A DNA stretch of 39,567 bases, from contig JAIXUZ010000080.1 of assembly GCA_027483285.1 (NCBI GenBank), forward strand, positions 1 to 39,567, read 5' to 3'. Both the position numbers and the translations under genes were made by a program. Under the pieces are notes generated by a model, which worked only from the letters and a program-made list of their open reading frames with translations, did not search any database and was not told the DNA's origin. This DNA comes from Bacteroidota bacterium (GTDB taxonomy: Bacteria > Bacteroidota > Bacteroidia > CAMBQF01). Positions 10,201-17,558 of this stretch are shown in pieces; the stretch's first letter is position 1, and each line of letters starts with the position of its first letter.

Positions 10201-11907
10201 GCCGGTACCACCAGGCGATGCACTGCCACCTGCGGAGCCGTTTGAACCACCCGTGCCATCGCCACCACTACCGGTATTTGTACCTGAACAACGACCTTGT
10301 GAGCCGGCACCGCCAGCACCACCATTACCACCTGCACCGCCTGCACCATTGGTGCCAAAAGCAGCGCCGCCGCCGTTAGGCCCAGTAGTTGCACCCGCGC
10401 CAGGAGAACTGCTTCCAGCTCCGCCACCGCCACCGCCGCAACCACTGCATCCCCAATAGCAATCGCAACCACCATTGCTACCTGCCGAACCTGTATTACC
10501 GTTGCCGCCCGGTCTACCCGCGGCACCAGTACCTCCATTAGCAGCATTACCCGATGTTATAGAGCAGCGGGAAATAACATAATTATCACACGTATTAGTA
10601 GCTCCATTTATGTATACACCATAATTAGAATAGCCATGGCCACTGCTTGTTATTGCTGTTGTATTGCCGGTAGTAATTGTTAAATCCAGCAATCGCCAGT
10701 TATCATCATTGTTTTCAGCAACAAAGCCAACAGCAGCACCATATAAAGTGCCTGATGTAATAACGCTAGCACTGCTAAAGTTAATGGTAGTGGTAACATC
10801 GCTTCGTTTGCTCCAGGTTTTTATACCTGATGTGGTAGATACATTAAAACCACCTTCTACAATAACGTTAGAAGCTAAATAAGCAGGGGTTGTTTCTGTA
10901 TATATACCACTAGCCATGCGTATATGTGTACGGCCACCAAAAGATGCTAAATTATTAAGTACATAAGTCAGGTCTCTAGCAGGGTTGTTTGGGCCTGCGG
11001 TTGTATTGTTAGGGCCTGTGCCATCAACATAAATAAAATCGCAGTTGGCTGCGCTGCAAAGAGGGTCTGTTGCCGCCAGGTAAGTAACCGTTATAGCACC
11101 TGCGGTACCTGTTACGTTAGGTGAAACTGTTGTTAAAGAAGAAAAATCTGCTGTTTCATTAGATGTAATCCTAACACGGTAATATTCTGTACCTACCGTT
11201 TGGGGTACAGTAAATGATGAGCCTGTTGCCCCTGAAATATCTACATAAGCTGAGCCATTCCAACGTTGCCATTGAAAAAAGCGGCCCAATGTCCAACTGT
11301 CAATACTATTGGCTGCAACTGTAAGTGTGTAAGCAGTACCAACGCACAAACTGCTACCCGGAGCAACCGGTGCTGTTGTTACTGTTGGTGCTACTGTAAA
11401 ACCCCATTTATAACTCCAATCATATCGCCAATCGCCAGTAGTACCGTCAGACGAACAACTTCTGGTTGTAGTATAAAAATGCCAGGTATAAGGGCCATTT
11501 GTTGTAATAGGGACAGTATTTCCGCCTCCACAGGTGCCGTAGCCTCCACAAGAGGCATCGTCAGCCGCTACATCATCTTCAAAACCATCAAAAAGGGTAC
11601 AAATACCACCGGTATTGTTTAATGTTAAACTTGGAGCGGCTGGTGTTAGTGCATAATTGAAATCGCCAGACCACCCACAAGTATAATTGTCCCTGCTAAC
11701 GTTCCAATCGTAATTATTACCATTAATTACAAACCTTGCCCGCCAGCGTGGGTCGGGGTTTCCTGCAAAAACCTCATCGCCACAGCCACTCTCGTTGTAG
11801 TAAAGGTCTTCGCCATCTGCCTCGACCCAAATATTATTTTGTGCAGTACTAGCAAGGCTAATGAATAGCATAAAGCACAGCAAAATGTTTGTAAATTTTA
11901 TTTTCAT
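4291..11907 (-). CDS. Giant (2538 aa) secreted mosaic surface protein. Order: N-terminal Cys/Trp-rich region, Ig-like domain, beta-helix + polyglycine module, Ig-like arrays, S/T/N/G-rich solenoid-like region, T9SS type A sorting domain.
   Basis: Single uninterrupted ORF. Signal peptide MKIKFTNILLCFMLFISLASTAQ. The C-terminus VFPNPAQDRLNVSMNL...GQYFVSFSMENKVLPTQKVVITR matches the T9SS type A CTD pattern. A preceding LPIELVDFKASC...INWTTATEINNDFFTVQRS...YYRLMQTDYNGEYEVFSPV domain is common in Bacteroidota surface proteins. Confidence 0.9.
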   Translation of the reverse strand: MKIKFTNILLCFMLFISLASTAQNNIWVEADGEDLYYNESGCGDEVFAGNPDPRWRARFVINGNNYDWNVSRDNYTCGWSGDFNYALTPAAPSLTLNNTGGICTLFDGFEDDVAADDASCGGYGTCGGGNTVPITTNGPYTWHFYTTTRSCSSDGTTGDWRYDWSYKWGFTVAPTVTTAPVAPGSSLCVGTAYTLTVAANSIDSWTLGRFFQWQRWNGSAYVDISGATGSSFTVPQTVGTEYYRVRITSNETADFSSLTTVSPNVTGTAGAITVTYLAATDPLCSAANCDFIYVDGTGPNNTTAGPNNPARDLTYVLNNLASFGGRTHIRMASGIYTETTPAYLASNVIVEGGFNVSTTSGIKTWSKRSDVTTTINFSSASVITSGTLYGAAVGFVAENNDDNWRLLDLTITTGNTTAITSSGHGYSNYGVYINGATNTCDNYVISRCSITSGNAANGGTGAAGRPGGNGNTGSAGSNGGCDCYWGCSGCGGGGGGAGSSSPGAGATTGPNGGGAAFGTNGAGGAGGNGGAGGAGSQGRCSGTNTGSGGDGTGGSNGSAGGSASPGGTGGGGGTTGGGGGFGNAGVSSGCSNGNNGGAGAAGVNGTNGNPGGTPGTVSFSGGYFLPTEGTNGGGGGGGKGGGGGEGGSGSTDSGTCDRDGGQGGGGGSSGGGGGGGGYGGGGGGGTFAIFIWANGATGLVTDSYLNALNVGSGGAGGAGGSGGTGPAGLGTGTGNCGSGDSGEGGGSGKGGNGGAGGAGGTGKAGIEYAIANLTSAGATTTSGPTLGGTLSAVSFNDAPNVGSVPNSASPMVITYNRGGINGKFCINSELDINRGAAVAFNLPGSPGASDLRFVDDITDGTPNYTNAQQPVKVFATTTSSNYSIPMVGTNTGYNNYIRTAADNRTAPVVGLIVQGSGATAATSVSACAGASIDFSISSGSYDTGNILEREWIVYQGTNIGAPTFTPVSSTTGTFGPFTTAGTYKVRYRERHNCCGWSVASFATITIVTDPVGPIMAVTPTAGDICAGTSVSATVNTIGSGGVGGADVFEVSTNGGNTYSAYTPGNSVSTTSLSGAGIVRIRSQRTANANLSCDPNPTGWVETVWNVIPVPTQRTVTASTPTICTGSSSDIVLTGSDNGVTYQLWNVTDNTFSATQAGTGSNLTFTTGALTATKTFKIVASVSPCADVNMNNDVAVTVTVVTSVPSAVTASANSLALCVGNSFNLNASGGAGAASWSWTGPNSYTNTNQDPAAFTTVSASAGNYVATATNVCGSTTSNTLTLGLSAAAPGAVTASANSLLLCVGSAFDLNASGGAGATSWSWSGPNSYTDSNQDPASFGTVAASAGNYTATATNACGSTSSSALALALALSTPSAVTASANSLSLCTGASFDLNASGGTGATSWSWSGPDSYTNTNQNPAAFSTSATSAGNYTATATNVCGSTSSSAITLALTASVPSAVTASANSLAMCAGSPFDLNATGGTGATSWSWSGPNGYGSTSQDPASFNTVAASGGNYIATATNVCGNATSNTLALAVTAAVPSAVTASATSANLCETQPLDLEATGGTGATSWSWTGPNSYSNSVQDPVSFITSVASAGNYVATATNICGSTVSNSLAVTVVTGPINKIVTSTTTICSGTSGTVQLVNSEPGTVYQLYNTTDNVNVGATQTGNGSTLSFSTGALANDKTYKIIGSRNPCTALDMNFGADVNVYVVTTGSWKGSLSDNWFDGGNWCLGGGIPTSSTDITIPTGSITDFDPVIASNGAVCRSINLNSGSIMTINNTRNLDVWGTWNNSGTFNYNVSTVTFKGTGNVILTGFTDPQEFYNLRVDKGTDITPLLSIETNTVVYGNLQPINGLAQVKADLELYNGPTIASTAGVEVTTDILQGNFRADGLNVTNNGLYSVISGTDSLNNLTNSSTATYTHAGGTSVLTGNVANTGATVTAAGGVLNVGGNWSNASSSTVTYSGATIAIVGDYSSSGSTVNANSATVSIGGKYTNSSSSTLSLGGAIVSVGGNYVSTGSSINQTGGAMTLNTTGASYNANAILDLDATSNLNISSGTIFFQRANGGTGNDLVIAAGGTKTITGGTFQFGNASTPASQVFKVNNSAVDFNNFNVNNSSSNNPRVQLLANAATRSTGVLTVDGVLDLNGYTFNVKNGATTGIVAGGYVISETSGGTSKLAWNIGNNTGTYVYPFGTAAGDFIPFTFSVTGAGVQSGAGNVTLSTYPTGDDNTPWVSGVQHMNFDQGPGTGTDATLDRWWIIDANNYTTRPTSNMTFKYASSDLSGNSSILEDNLKAQRWNATGGPDSLGGWDLPTEYGIVSTANAADNTVTASGVSRYSPWVLHDGESSGNSPLPIELVDFKASCTNDVVTINWTTATEINNDFFTVQRSADLATYDNVALVQGAGNSNTYRNYSAKDLYPLAGTAYYRLMQTDYNGEYEVFSPVTVSCVIKGSDVISVFPNPAQDRLNVSMNLSTSDRGRIMIYNHYGQLVESMFVEPKAGANIYDFDLGNLAQGQYFVSFSMENKVLPTQKVVITR
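5800..6160 (-). repeat. Roughly 20-aa periodic S/T/N/G-rich segment inside the giant CDS (solenoid-like)
   Basis: Successive units: VLNVGGNWSNASSSTVTYSGAT / IAIVGDYSSSGSTVNANSAT / VSIGGKYTNSSSSTLSLGGAI / VSVGGNYVSTGSSINQTGGAM. An aliphatic-x-aliphatic-G-G/D-N/K/D-Y/W motif recurs about every 20-21 residues. Confidence 0.65.
7033..8292 (-). repeat. Five tandem 252-nt (84-aa) Ig-like repeats inside the giant CDS
   Basis: Each unit starts AVTASA(N/T)S..(L/M)C and contains GG(A/T)GA(A/T)SWSW(T/S)GP...AGNY.ATATN.CG. I counted five units, each exactly 84 aa. The nucleotide motif ccagctcca(c/t)gatgt recurs at about 7191, 7441, 7692 and 7944, with a diverged copy near 8196. Confidence 0.9.
9610..10555 (-). 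other. Polyglycine-rich segment of the shared module (paralog 1)
   Basis: Runs from ...SITSGNAANGGTGAAGRPGG to GGAGGAGGTGKAGIEYAIANL. Includes runs such as GGGGGGGKGGGGGEGG and GGGGGGGGYGGGGGGGTFAIFIWANG. Confidence 0.85.
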
Positions 11908-12347
11908 AATTAACTATTTTAACTTTTTACACCAAGTTGCTAAATTAACAATTTAAAATTATAAAAAACGCAAAAAGCATCAATTTTCTTACATTTCGAA
12001 AAAATATAACACAATCTTAAACTAACATAAAGCGATACAATTCACAAAATGAATGATTTTATGAATTGTAATGTATCAGTATGTTTTTAAGTTAGTTATA
12101 CCCCTCACAAATAAAAATACAGAATACAAATTCTGAAAAATGAATAATTAACAACAACAAAGCCAATAAGGTTTACACCCTATTTTCTAAATCATCGAAA
12201 TTTAATACCTATTTAAATTTCAGTTAGAAGATTTAAAGAGGCTTAGTAAATATTTTGAGTTTTAATTGTTTCAAGCCAAGTTATGAATTATATGACTTAA
12301 ATGAATTTTATTGAAAAAACAGCCAGCTGCTAAATATTAATGATTTT

Positions 12348-13433
12348 CTAATGTTTTTTCAACACCAATGTTTGCCAACTGAAATTTTTGTTGGAAAACG
12401 GATTTGACCATTCAGGGTTTCTGAGAATATTATCATCTTTAAAAAATTTGAAAAATTCTTCAATGTGACTCTTGTCATAATCCTTAACAAACATATTATT
12501 TAATGGCTGCTTTAGCCTTGAATTTTGAAACAAATGCAGGTCTGCAATATGATCATCATAATGCTCAAAAACCTCTGGTAGTGTTTTGAACCTGCCATCG
12601 TGCATGTAGGGGGCTGTATTGCTAATATTCAAAAGGCTTGGTACTTTAAAAAGTGTAGCATTAGAATCAATTAAATTAGTAGCTAAAATCTCATGATCGT
12701 TATATACCTCTGAGATATGGCATGCCCCGCACATATTTGCAAATCTAAAGTACAGGCCCCTAAGAGTTGTGTCTTTTACATTCTTGTAATAATAATCCGT
12801 TTCACTCATGTTTTCAGGTGGGTTATTTAATACCTCAGGGGGCAAGTGTATCCCCGATGAAACAATGGTTCTTAAGAATTGGGCAATGGCTTTTTCAACA
12901 TTGGTTCGCGTAATTTTTGGCGAACCAAAAGCTTTGCTAAATAGTGTAGGGTAATAAGGGTGGGTATTTAGTTTTTTTAATAGGCGGTCTTCTGTCTCGC
13001 CCATTTCTTTAGGCTCTAATATTGGCTCAAAAACAAGACTTTCAAGGCTTTTTTGGCGGCCGTCCCAAAAATAATATTTATTCCAAGCTAAATTTACTAA
13101 AGCCATCGCGTTACGTTCTAATGTATCGCCACGAGCCCCTATAGACAGTTTTCTACCATCAGTAAAACCTAAACTTTGTTTATGGCAAGAGCCGCAAGAC
13201 TGTGTATTATTTACAGATAGAATAGAATCATAAAACAATAACCTCCCTAACTCAACACCTTCAATAGTCAAAGGATTATCGGCAGGAATGAATGGCTTTT
13301 CCATGGCCGTTGAGTCGTACTCTAATATATACGGCCTAGTAGTGTAACTATTAGGATTGAATTTAGTTAATGCAACAAAAAACAACCAAAAAACAACTAT
13401 GGCTGCACCAACTACCTTCTTTTTCATATGCAA
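12348..13433 (-). CDS. Di-heme cytochrome c peroxidase / MauG-family protein, N-terminally membrane-anchored
   Basis: Two CxxCH heme motifs (CGSCHKQ and CGACHISE) about 145 aa apart. Also FWDGR, PSLLNISNTAPYMHDGRF.TL..V..HY, which is typical of the bacterial CCP family. N-terminal hydrophobic helix VVGAAIVVFWLFFVALT. Confidence 0.85.
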   Translation of the reverse strand: MHMKKKVVGAAIVVFWLFFVALTKFNPNSYTTRPYILEYDSTAMEKPFIPADNPLTIEGVELGRLLFYDSILSVNNTQSCGSCHKQSLGFTDGRKLSIGARGDTLERNAMALVNLAWNKYYFWDGRQKSLESLVFEPILEPKEMGETEDRLLKKLNTHPYYPTLFSKAFGSPKITRTNVEKAIAQFLRTIVSSGIHLPPEVLNNPPENMSETDYYYKNVKDTTLRGLYFRFANMCGACHISEVYNDHEILATNLIDSNATLFKVPSLLNISNTAPYMHDGRFKTLPEVFEHYDDHIADLHLFQNSRLKQPLNNMFVKDYDKSHIEEFFKFFKDDNILRNPEWSNPFSNKNFSWQTLVLKKH

Positions 13434-13434
13434 A

Positions 13435-13848
13435 CTATTCTACAATAGCAAATGCATTGGGGTTCTCATCAACCTGTCCCTTTAAATAAGGGCTAAGAGT
13501 AGCGTATTCGGCTTTGGTGATTTTTATTTTACCGTTAACCGATGCCTTTGCCCAAAGGAATAATTGGTAATAGGTTGGGTTGGCTATAGCCCAATCTTTT
13601 CTTTTTGATACCAGTTCTGCCTTGTTAGGGTAATGCATTAAATCAGGAAAGCTTTCCTCTTTTAATTTTAATATGACACTTTCTATAAAAGGGTTTACAT
13701 CGGTAAACTCATAAGCCAATGTGGGCTCGCTGTTTCGCGTTGTATTTATAACCGGGCCATCTACTGCTGTAGTTGTTGTACCAACAGTATTTTGGGCTTG
13801 GGTAGCTAAAGAAGCTACGAAGCATGCTAAAACAATTATACCTTTCAT
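13435..13848 (-). CDS. Hypothetical secreted protein (137 aa), tightly coupled to the peroxidase gene
   Basis: Signal peptide MKGIIVLACFVASLATQAQ. Its stop codon lies 1 nt before the peroxidase start. I recognise no family motif. Confidence 0.6.
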   Translation of the reverse strand: MKGIIVLACFVASLATQAQNTVGTTTTAVDGPVINTTRNSEPTLAYEFTDVNPFIESVILKLKEESFPDLMHYPNKAELVSKRKDWAIANPTYYQLFLWAKASVNGKIKITKAEYATLSPYLKGQVDENPNAFAIVE

Positions 13849-14013
13849 GTTAAATATATTATTATTTTAATTAGTGTTTATTTTCCAGATTCAAATATAT
13901 GTTAAAATATTTCATTTACAAAAAACATGCGTACCATATCCATTTTATCAGCCTACAATATACTTAAAGCGTTTTCCTTAAAACATCAACAACAAAACCT
14001 TGCTGTATTTTTA

Positions 14014-14021
14014 TACATTTG
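14014..14021 (+). promoter_or_regulatory. Candidate -7 promoter box (TAnnTTTG)
   Basis: tacatttg lies 14 nt upstream of the ATG at 14035. Confidence 0.4.
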
Positions 14022-14034
14022 AGTTATCATTTTT

Positions 14035-15960
14035 ATGAAAAGCACGGCAAAGCAGATTTTTGACAATAAGTACTACAGTATTGGGCTTATTTTACTTTTA
14101 ACCTTTGGGGTTTACTTTAACAGCCTATTTAACAAATATGCGTTAGACGATTTTTACGTAACGGCACAAAACCCTGAAATAAGGGAAGGCATTAAAGGAA
14201 TTCCCCATATTTTTCAATCTCCGTATGGCACAGATGGCAATGGAAAGGGTTTTGAATACAGGCCAATAGTAAAATTGACCTTTGCTATAGAATATGAGCT
14301 TTTTGGAGAAAACGTAACCATTAACCACCTGGTAAACCTGTTGCTATACTTACTAAATGTTTTATTAGTTTATCTGTTTCTTTTAAAATTTATTAGCAAT
14401 AAAAATAATATACTACTATTTATAAGTACATTATTTTTTGCATTATTACCAATTCATACTGAGGTAGTTGACAACCTAAAATCGCGGGATGATTTACTAA
14501 GTTTAATATTTTCATTAATATGTATTATTACCGCCATAGGCAATAAAAATATTTATACAAAACTGGTTTTATGCTCCTTACTATTTGTGCTGGCCCTTTT
14601 ATCAAAACTAACCAGTATAAGCCTTATAGTAATTTTGCCATTGATATTATTTTTTAAACAAAACACCAATGACTATAAAATACCTGCGTTGCTGTTTGGT
14701 ATATTATTATTAATTGGCGGGGCATACTCATATACGGTAATTAGCATTTTTAATTTAAGCAGAGAGGTTAATTTTTCTGAGAACCCCATTTTTTATAGCA
14801 CTTTAAGTGAGCGTTTAGGAACCACCATGCTTGTACTTCTATACTATATAAAATTACTGCTATTGCCTGGCGAGCACAGCTTTTATTTTGGATACAATAT
14901 GGTACCCGTTATTAAGCTAACCGATTCATTATCAATATTATCTATACTTATACATTCGGGTATGCTTATTTGGGCGCTATATAATATAAAGAAACGCCAT
15001 GTACTTGCTTTTGCCATTCTTTTCTATCTGATAGCCATATTCCCATTCTCAAATTTTGCTTTTCCAGTGGTAGGTATATTAGCCGAACGTTTTACCTATC
15101 TGGCCTCAATTGGTTTTTGTATTGCCCTGGCATGGTTATTTGTTTTTATAACTGATAAGCTAAGCAGCAAAAAAACTTTAATGGCATATTTAGTTGCCCC
15201 CGCCTTATTATGTGCTTATTATGCCTATGATATTGTTGACCGAAATAAAGACTGGAAAGACCTTCTAACTTTATATGTTGCCGACATTGGGCACCTACAG
15301 AAATCAACGCATGCAAACTATTTATACGCCAGCAGCTTACAAAGCCTGGCCGACTTAGCCAATACCCCAGAAGAACGTAACAGGCTATACAACAAAGCCC
15401 TTAAATATTACAAAAACGTAAACGCCAAGTATTGGGAAGCACAAAAAAATATAGCCAACATATACTATGCCCTTGGTAACAATACCCTGGCGCTGCAATA
15501 CATTCGCAATGCTTATAATTTGAGCCCCGAAGTTTACCGAAAAGATGTGCTAATGAAAAGACTTGTTATTGAAGAAGCCAATGGGAACTTTGATGAAAAC
15601 ATTAAGCTATTAAATGAGGGGTTAAAAAAAGAACCCGAAAATGTTGACTATAACTATTACCTTATGCGAAACCATTTGTTTTTAAATAACGATACTGCGG
15701 CTGCAAGCCGCTATGCCCGAGAGGTTATTAAGATTGATAAAAACGGATACCTTGCCAACAGGGCTTATGGGTTATTATTTATTATAAAAGGCGATATCGC
15801 TAATAATATCAAATATTCTGAACTGGCATTTGAGCAAAACCCTGAAGATAACGAGCTGGGGAATTACTTATATAATTACTATAAAAGCCAAAACAACTCA
15901 TTAAAAGAAAAATATTACGATGAGGCTATAAAAAAGCAAAAAAGTAAATCAACTTTTTAA
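14035..15960 (+). CDS. TMTC-like GT-C fold glycosyltransferase (PMT/DUF1736-type membrane domain) fused to C-terminal TPR repeats
   Basis: About 10 or more predicted TM helices. The first-loop acidic motif is FNKYALDDFYVTAQNPEI, followed by FEYRPIVKLTFAIEYELFG..V..NHLVNLLLY, which resembles the TMTC/PMT signature (F.fDD....N...; YRPL; .H..N). The C-terminal ~230 aa carry TPR-like A/Y/N periodicity (ANIYYALGNNTLALQYIRNAYNLSPE...). Confidence 0.75.
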   Translation: MKSTAKQIFDNKYYSIGLILLLTFGVYFNSLFNKYALDDFYVTAQNPEIREGIKGIPHIFQSPYGTDGNGKGFEYRPIVKLTFAIEYELFGENVTINHLVNLLLYLLNVLLVYLFLLKFISNKNNILLFISTLFFALLPIHTEVVDNLKSRDDLLSLIFSLICIITAIGNKNIYTKLVLCSLLFVLALLSKLTSISLIVILPLILFFKQNTNDYKIPALLFGILLLIGGAYSYTVISIFNLSREVNFSENPIFYSTLSERLGTTMLVLLYYIKLLLLPGEHSFYFGYNMVPVIKLTDSLSILSILIHSGMLIWALYNIKKRHVLAFAILFYLIAIFPFSNFAFPVVGILAERFTYLASIGFCIALAWLFVFITDKLSSKKTLMAYLVAPALLCAYYAYDIVDRNKDWKDLLTLYVADIGHLQKSTHANYLYASSLQSLADLANTPEERNRLYNKALKYYKNVNAKYWEAQKNIANIYYALGNNTLALQYIRNAYNLSPEVYRKDVLMKRLVIEEANGNFDENIKLLNEGLKKEPENVDYNYYLMRNHLFLNNDTAAASRYAREVIKIDKNGYLANRAYGLLFIIKGDIANNIKYSELAFEQNPEDNELGNYLYNYYKSQNNSLKEKYYDEAIKKQKSKSTF

Positions 15961-16229
15961 GCCATCCCTGTGCTATAAATACCTAAGCTTACCCTAGCGC
16001 TTTAAATTGTGTTTGGTTTTTTTTCTAAGATATACCTAAAAGAAGATTTTAGGTGATACTAAACTATGGTTAGCCTTTTTAATTATTCTTTGGTCGGTAT
16101 TCTTCGCTTTTAAATAATGGAGCTAAAATAATAGGGCCAGACTATAACCTTTTGCAGATGAGGGCAGTATAATATAAAAAGCATTAGCGTAGAGACATAC
16201 CCTTACCCAACCTAAAAATCCTGATAGCT

Positions 16230-17381
16230 ATGTCACTACGCATTCTCTGCGGGCTGCTTTTATGCGCCCTGTTAATGATTTCGTGTAACAACGATGATGT
16301 TGACACCTCTGCCACCGCCGGTCCTTATATTGCTAGCGCCGCGCCGGTTCTCCAAAACCCCGATACCCACAAAATTGTAATCAAAACCGACTCGCTGGCA
16401 AAGAAAGTGCGCCATTCTGTTAAGCCTAAAGATGTTACCGTAAAAGATGCGTTGAAAGACATGCGCTTTAACCCCGAAGCTGTTAAGCTATTTGTATCGT
16501 TAGGCAACAAAACCGGCGGGCAAACCTATTTTGCCAAAAACAGCAAGCTGGTAGCCCAAACCATTGTATCTATATTAGACAAACACACTACCGAAATGAC
16601 AGACGTAGTATTGCTGATTGACAAAACCGGCAGTATGGACGATGATATTGAGAATGTAAAGAAGAGCGCTACGCGTATTATAACAGCCCTTAAAAAATTT
16701 AAAAATATTCAACTGGGATGGGGTGCCTATGGCGACAAAAACGATGACCCTGCAAACTGGTTTCAGCTAAACAAACTTTCGGCCGACCTGGACGGTAGCC
16801 TTGATAAAATTAATGGTTTGTATACAGGTGGTGGTGGCGATTTGCCCGAATCGGTAAATGATGCTATTTATAAAACCATTGATGAAATGAACTGGAGGGC
16901 TGATGCCCGTAAAATGATTTTGGTAATTGGCGATGCCCATTCGCTTGAACCACCACTTGCCGACAGAAGCCTTAATGATGTGATTAAAAAATGTATCTCA
17001 TTGGCTATACATGTAAACCTATACCCTGTTGTTATAAGTACTGAAGATATTATGGGCGATTTGCATGATGACACCCCGAAATTTACTGAGCCTGAAGAAG
17101 AACCTACCGAAGATGCAAGGGCTACCATGCCTAAAACGGGCAATATTATCATTCGCACTTACCCCAACCCCAGCACAGACAATGTGTATATTGATTTAAC
17201 AGGGACAGGGCCTTATATAATAGACGTAAAATCATTACTTGGCAAAACCGTGACCTATGCCGAGGTAACCACCAACCGCTACACCTGCAACCTGCTTGAT
17301 ACGCCTGCCGGAATATATTTAGTTACCGTAACCGAAAAAAATACCGGAAAAACCGAGGTAAGGCAGGTGGTAAAAAAATAA
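16230..17381 (+). CDS. von Willebrand factor A domain lipoprotein with T9SS type A sorting domain
   Basis: Lipobox LLMISC. MIDAS-like motif VVLLIDKTGSMDDDI. vWA core ...ILVIGDAHS. C-terminus IRTYPNPSTDNVYIDL...GIYLVTVTEKNTGKTEVRQVVKK. Confidence 0.85.
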   Translation: MSLRILCGLLLCALLMISCNNDDVDTSATAGPYIASAAPVLQNPDTHKIVIKTDSLAKKVRHSVKPKDVTVKDALKDMRFNPEAVKLFVSLGNKTGGQTYFAKNSKLVAQTIVSILDKHTTEMTDVVLLIDKTGSMDDDIENVKKSATRIITALKKFKNIQLGWGAYGDKNDDPANWFQLNKLSADLDGSLDKINGLYTGGGGDLPESVNDAIYKTIDEMNWRADARKMILVIGDAHSLEPPLADRSLNDVIKKCISLAIHVNLYPVVISTEDIMGDLHDDTPKFTEPEEEPTEDARATMPKTGNIIIRTYPNPSTDNVYIDLTGTGPYIIDVKSLLGKTVTYAEVTTNRYTCNLLDTPAGIYLVTVTEKNTGKTEVRQVVKK

Positions 17382-17412
17382 GTTCAACAAACACTAATGG
17401 CTAACTAAACAC

Positions 17413-17442
17413 AAAATGCCGCCTAAAAAAGGGCGGCATTTT
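17413..17442. terminator. Rho-independent terminator after the vWA gene
   Basis: aaaatgccgcc (17413-17423) pairs with ggcggcatttt (17432-17442), with an 8-nt loop. Confidence 0.7.
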
Positions 17443-17558
17443 ATGCTATAAAAACCTAAACTACTTGAACTGCTCATTTACTTATTCTGCTTGGTAACAG
17501 AATCAACTTGCGTTCTCATATTATTAGTCGGGTAAGGGAGTTAAACCTTACAAAATAT

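Noticed and set aside
9542-10547. Proline-rich and alanine/valine-rich ORFs overlapping the paralog 1 polyglycine region on both strands. The track ORFs are 9542-9799, 9573-9821, 9807-10016, 9992-10459, 10098-10547 and 10185-10379.
   Set aside because: They are mirror or shifted readings of GGN codon repeats (NCC gives Pro, GCN gives Ala). They lie entirely inside a long ORF that has a signal peptide and sorting domain, and they have no independent start context.
11908-12347. The 440-nt AT-rich gap upstream of the giant gene was examined for a small RNA, tRNA, IS remnant or clear promoter.
   Set aside because: I could find no cloverleaf-capable sequence, no terminal inverted repeats and no clean CAAAnnTA (reverse-strand TAnnTTTG) match. 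It is most simply a long promoter/5' region plus the 3' end of the peroxidase operon.
12226-16056. A shared 9-mer (agaagattt) near both edges of the low-GC block, considered as possible direct repeats of an inserted island.
   Set aside because: It is too short and AT-rich to be meaningful, and there are no extended flanking repeats or an integrase.
17446-17558. Two 6-bp hairpins (attctg/cagaat and gtaagg/ccttac) downstream of the anti-sigma gene, considered as possible terminators or an sRNA.
   Set aside because: The stems are short with no following U-run on the relevant strand, which is not convincing without 3'-end mapping.
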